From Rhizaria sp. SCN 62-66 (lineage: Eukaryota), in assembly GCA_001724265.1 (NCBI GenBank), contig MEDY01000030.1, positions 62,001 through 126,000 of the forward strand: a stretch of 64,000 bases of DNA, given 5' to 3'. Shown in pieces: positions 59,761 through 64,000 of this stretch. Position numbers and translations under genes: made by a program. The notes under the pieces are model-generated. The model worked only from the letters and a program-made list of their open reading frames with translations. It searched no databases and had not been told where the DNA came from. Position 1 is the stretch's first letter; each line of letters opens with the position of its first letter.

Positions 59761-62700
59761 ATGTCGTACTCCCGCGACGGCGCGCAGTTCCAGACACCGC
59801 GCGGCCCCGCCCCTGCCGTCGATCCAGATCTCACCCGCGGCTACGCTTCCTCCGCTCCTCCACGCGAACACACGAACCCATTCCACAGTCTTTCCCAGCG
59901 CGCCCACGCCGCGCCTTTTGACGGTTTGCGCGAGGCTACCCATTTATTGACGCCAATTCCTGCTGTCAGGCCTCCCGCGATGACTCCCCTCCGCTCTCCT
60001 TTCTCCGGCCCCGCGCCCGCGCCTCAGCCCGCGGTCGCTTCCAACTCTGCTACGAGCGCGAGATACGGCGTCCCCGCGGCCGTCCCGCTGCCTTTTAGTC
60101 TGCAACCGCGCCCTGCAGCAGTGAGCGCGCCCCAGAGCCACAGTAGCACGCACGGTCCAATGCACACCTCGACCATCAACACAAGCAGCAGCGCAGCAGC
60201 AGCTAACACGACGTCACACGCGGCCAGTGGCTCTCTGCTCGACGCACAGCTCTCTCATGCGCGCGCTGTGACGGCCGTCTCCGCGCCCGTCTGGCCGCCG
60301 CTGCCGCCGGCGCTGGCAGACGCCGCCACAGCCGCGCTTGCCACTAAAACATCGTACATCGATGTCCGCACGATGTCGCCCCCGCCACCCTCTCGAAACG
60401 CCCACGGATACGGTAACACGAGTGTTGATTACGGTGTTGCTAACAGTGGGCGCGGAGGGGTTGCGGCCGCAGCTGCAGCGGCGCGCGCATCGCGGATTGC
60501 GGCAGAGTCATCGTTCTCCGCAGTCTCCGCCGCTGCCACTGCAACGCCCTATACTCACATCCACAATCACAGTCAGGCTTATGGACACAGCGCTGGTTCC
60601 AACCGCGCTACCGGCATCAACGCGGTTCCGTTGCTGCAGCCAGTGCCTGTGCCGGCGAGTCTCGCTGTTCACAGTCCCGCAACGCACAGCAGTTATCACA
60701 ACCTCAACGCACTCAACGCGAGCGTCTTGAACACTAGCGCCAGCGCCGCCGTCGCCATCGCTGCCAGCGCCGGCGCAGCCGACGCACACGCGGTCAGCGA
60801 GACTCTGCGCCACTCGGCGTCGCTCTCGTATGCGAACTCGGCAGCGGTGGCTGAGGCGCTGGCGGCTCTGCAGGCGCGGGCGCTAGCTGCCGAGGCTGAG
60901 GCCGCGCGGGTCCGGGGCGAGTCCCTTCGTGCCGCGGCCGCCGCCGAGCGCGCGCGCGCCGCGTGGGAGGACCGCCTTGCCGCGGCGGCGCGGGAGCGAG
61001 ACTCGGCGCGGTTGGAGCAGGAACAGACGGCTAAACGGCTCGAGCAGACCGAGGCAGCGCTCGCGCAGCGCAGTGCGGAGGCGGCGGCGGCGGAGGCGGC
61101 GGCGCGCGCGCGGGGGCGCGCAGACGCGGCCGCTGCGGGCGACGCCGCGCGCGCCGCTGCGGCGGCGGAGGTGGCCACCGTTGAGGCCGCCGCGCGCGCC
61201 GAGGCCGCCGCCGCCGCGGACGCGCACAAGACCGCCGCGGCGGCCGCGGGGGAGACGGTCCGCCGTCAGGCCGGGCAGATGCGCGAGCTCGAGGCCGCCG
61301 TGCTGCGGCTGGAGAGGGAGGCCGTGGCTGTGCGCGCTGAACGCGACCAGATCGCCGCGGAGGCTGCCTTCCTGCTGGAAGAAAAGACGCGTGAAGCGGA
61401 GCGCGCGGCGGCGGAGGTCGGCGCACTGGCTCCGGCGCGGGACGAGGCTGCCGCACTGCGTCGCGCGGGGGCTGAGGCTGCGCGTGAGGCTGCAGCGGCG
61501 CGGGCTGACGCCGCGGCGGCGCGCGCCGAGGCTGCGGCTGCCATCGACGCCCGTGACCGCGCCGCTGCCGCCGCTGCGGACGAGCTGGCTGCGGCAGACG
61601 CGGCGGCGGCGGCGGAGCGCGAGCGCGCGCGGGCCGACTGGCACCGCGAACGCGCCGCGCTGACCGCTGCGCTGGAGCGGGAGCGCGCGCGGTGGGACGA
61701 GGCCTGGCAGCGCACACGCGAGACCGCCGCGGAGGACGCGCGGCGTGAGCTCGCTCTGGCGGAGGCTGCGGCGGCGCGGGAGGTAGCCGCAGCCAAGGCC
61801 GCGGTCGAGCGCGAGCGCGCGCGCGCTGAGGAGCGCGTGGCATCACTGGCAGACGCGCTGGCCGCTGAGGCCGAGAGCGGAGCAGAGCAGGTGGCCGCGC
61901 TTGAGGAGAAGCTCCGGCGCGCGCTCGCGGCCGCGGCGCAGCACAGACAGGGCGTGTGCCGTTGTGTGTGCCAGACTGGCGACGGTGTGCCCTGCAGTGC
62001 GGTTGCGGCGGGCCAGGACCGCGTTCTTGTCAACTTCGTCTCTGACACGGATCATAACGCAAGTAATATGAACAACAATCAACATAACGCCACCGTTGAC
62101 AATGTAACTGTTTCTCACAATGCTATTGCTGCTAAGCGTGGTGATACATCGGCACCGGCGACGCCACGTAGCTTTGCACGCGGCTTGCCTCCTGTGGAGT
62201 CGTCACCGGCCGCTGGAGCGCGTGGGACGCCTCTCAGGCACTCTTCTTCTGTCACCGGGATGCAACAGGGAAGCAGGGGCGCGACGCCGGCGCGCAAGTG
62301 GGTGCTGATCAGTCCCGCTACGACTGCGGCCGCGTCCGCTACTTCAGCTGGTGCTGCTGCTGCTGCCGCTCCTACACACGAGTCTGCCACAGTGGTCGAT
62401 GCAGACAACGATCATCACAATGACGAAGAGCAGAGCCAGGGAGACCGTGAGCAAGGCGACCGCGAGAAGAGCCGTGCAGGCGACTCTGTTGTACGCGCGT
62501 TGGATGCGATGCTTCACGATGCGTCGCTCACCACGCTCACCGCAACTGCTCCTGCACAGGGTGGAGTGGCTTTACACAGGGATATCCATGGCGAGAATGC
62601 GACAGCTACTTCGGCGAATCACAGTCACAAGGGCTCTGAGGTGTCTTACACCGGGCACTTTGCACAGTCTCCGTCGCACTCGCGCTTCTTTGCACAATCA

Positions 62701-64000
62701 CATACCGCCGCGACTGGCGCTGCTGAGACGGCCACGGAGTTTACGCAGACTCACGCGTACGCCGACGCAGCGCGTGCGCCCAACGCAAACGCTGGACTCC
62801 CACTTTAGCGGCCCTACAACTTGCCCAGCCACCAGCGTTCACAGTCGCTTTCTCACGGCAACACGAGCAATGCGGCAGCCGCCGCTGCGGCGGCCCAGGC
62901 CGCGGCCGCTGCACTGCGCTCACAGTCTCAGCTCCCGTCGGGGTTACACTCGCAACTACACTCGATCGCGCCCTCGCCGGCCGTTTCCGCCTCTGCCGCC
63001 GTCGCGCCCACCGTCGCCGCGACGGCTGCGGTGACTGAGGCGCCGTCGGGCACTGCGGCGCTGGACGCGTTTCTGAACATGAACATGAACATGAGCCAGA
63101 ACGTGAGCGCGAACATGAGCGCAGCTGCAGGGAAAGCGAACACAAACGCTGCTGGGGGCGACGGAGCTGTTCTGGCCCCGCTCGTGGCAGCTGCACTGAG
63201 TCAGCTGCAGACGCAGCAGTCGTTGTTGCTGCACGTGTTGGAGCGACAGGACCGCATTCTACTGCCGAATACTGCCGCTAGCGTGAATAACACTGCGCAC
63301 AATACGGTGGTTGAGGCAGAAGTCAAGCCGCATCTGCTTCAGGTTAAGACACCAGTAAAGGAACGCACACCTGCACCCTCGCCCAAAGCACAGTCTTCAT
63401 CTGTTCACGCATCCCCTGCTCCTGTCGCGGTGCCTGCTGTCGCTGACGCACGCAGTGCAAAGCTGTCGCTGCCGCTTCCGCTCACTCCGGCATCTGCATA
63501 CGCCTTTGCACACGGCCATGACAGCAAGCGTAGCTTCAACTTTGCACCTGCACCTGCTATTGCTGAATCGCCCGCTGCGACTGCTGCTCCGGCCGCGCTC
63601 GCAGTGCCCTCGGCTCCCGTCTCCACAGCGCCCTCCCCTAGGGCCTCTGCTTCCCCAGCTGCTGCAGGCGCGGCGACACAGCCAAACGCTGCGGGGGGCC
63701 GGCCGCATCACCCTGCGTTCCGTTCCCCTTTGTCGCCTTCAGCGGCTGAGCGCGAGCGCCAGCGCGACCGCGAGGAGCAGCTGAGGCTGCAACAGCTGCA
63801 GCAGCTGCAGCTGCAGCGTGCCGGCGACAGCGAGGAACAGAGCTCGCGGCTGCAGAGTGACCGCGAGTCTGAGCTCGGCGGCTTGACAAGCGACGACGAA
63901 CGCGGCCAAACTTTCCTTGCGCTCGTCGACGATGACGTTGCTGACTCCAGTGACGACGACGCTTACTCGCGTTTTGCTCGCAAGAATGAGCCGCGCAATG
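59761..64000 (+). CDS. Coiled-coil, low-complexity protein of unknown function; in-frame TAG at 62806-62808; runs off the window end
   Basis: ATG at 59761 marks the AT-to-GC transition. There is a long E/R/A heptad-like region at ~60840-61945. After the TAG the same frame stays open for the remaining ~1190 nt with the same Ala/Pro/Gln-rich codon style. Confidence 0.75.

Noticed and set aside
8480-62808. Five independent pseudogenes or programmed leaky readthrough as the explanation for the TAGs
   Set aside because: There are no frameshifts or internal TAA/TGA, catalytic motifs are intact downstream, 3' contexts are not shared, and TAG never ends a gene here. Sequencing error cannot be formally excluded without reads.
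1-64000. tRNA (including a CUA-anticodon tRNA), rRNA, CRISPR arrays, transposase or reverse transcriptase genes
   Set aside because: None were recognised by eye in the spacers or ORFs. A tRNAscan-SE/Infernal run would be needed to exclude small RNAs.

Overview
This is compact, gene-dense, GC-rich nuclear DNA from a eukaryote. It is probably a flagellated, mitochondriate protist, though the taxon cannot be identified from the sequence alone. I can build 12 protein-coding gene models: a USP9/24/34-like deubiquitinase, a PP2C phosphatase, a mitochondrion-targeted threonyl-tRNA synthetase, a divergent CFAP20-domain protein, a bacterial-type DinB protein, a MORN-repeat protein, condensin CAP-D2, V-ATPase subunit F, dynactin p25, a giant MLL/Trithorax-type SET protein, a FabG-like reductase and a coiled-coil protein. 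They are separated by short AT-rich spacers and contain 8 short introns, all with GTACGY donors. The main finding is that five genes each carry a single in-frame TAG with uninterrupted coding sequence on both sides. One lies in a poly-Gln run, one in PP2C catalytic motif 1 and one in the middle of dynactin p25. All 11 gene ends visible here use TAA (6) or TGA (5), and none uses TAG. This points to a variant nuclear genetic code with UAG = Gln, uncoupled from UAA, which remains stop. The supplied standard-code ORF track therefore splits these genes.
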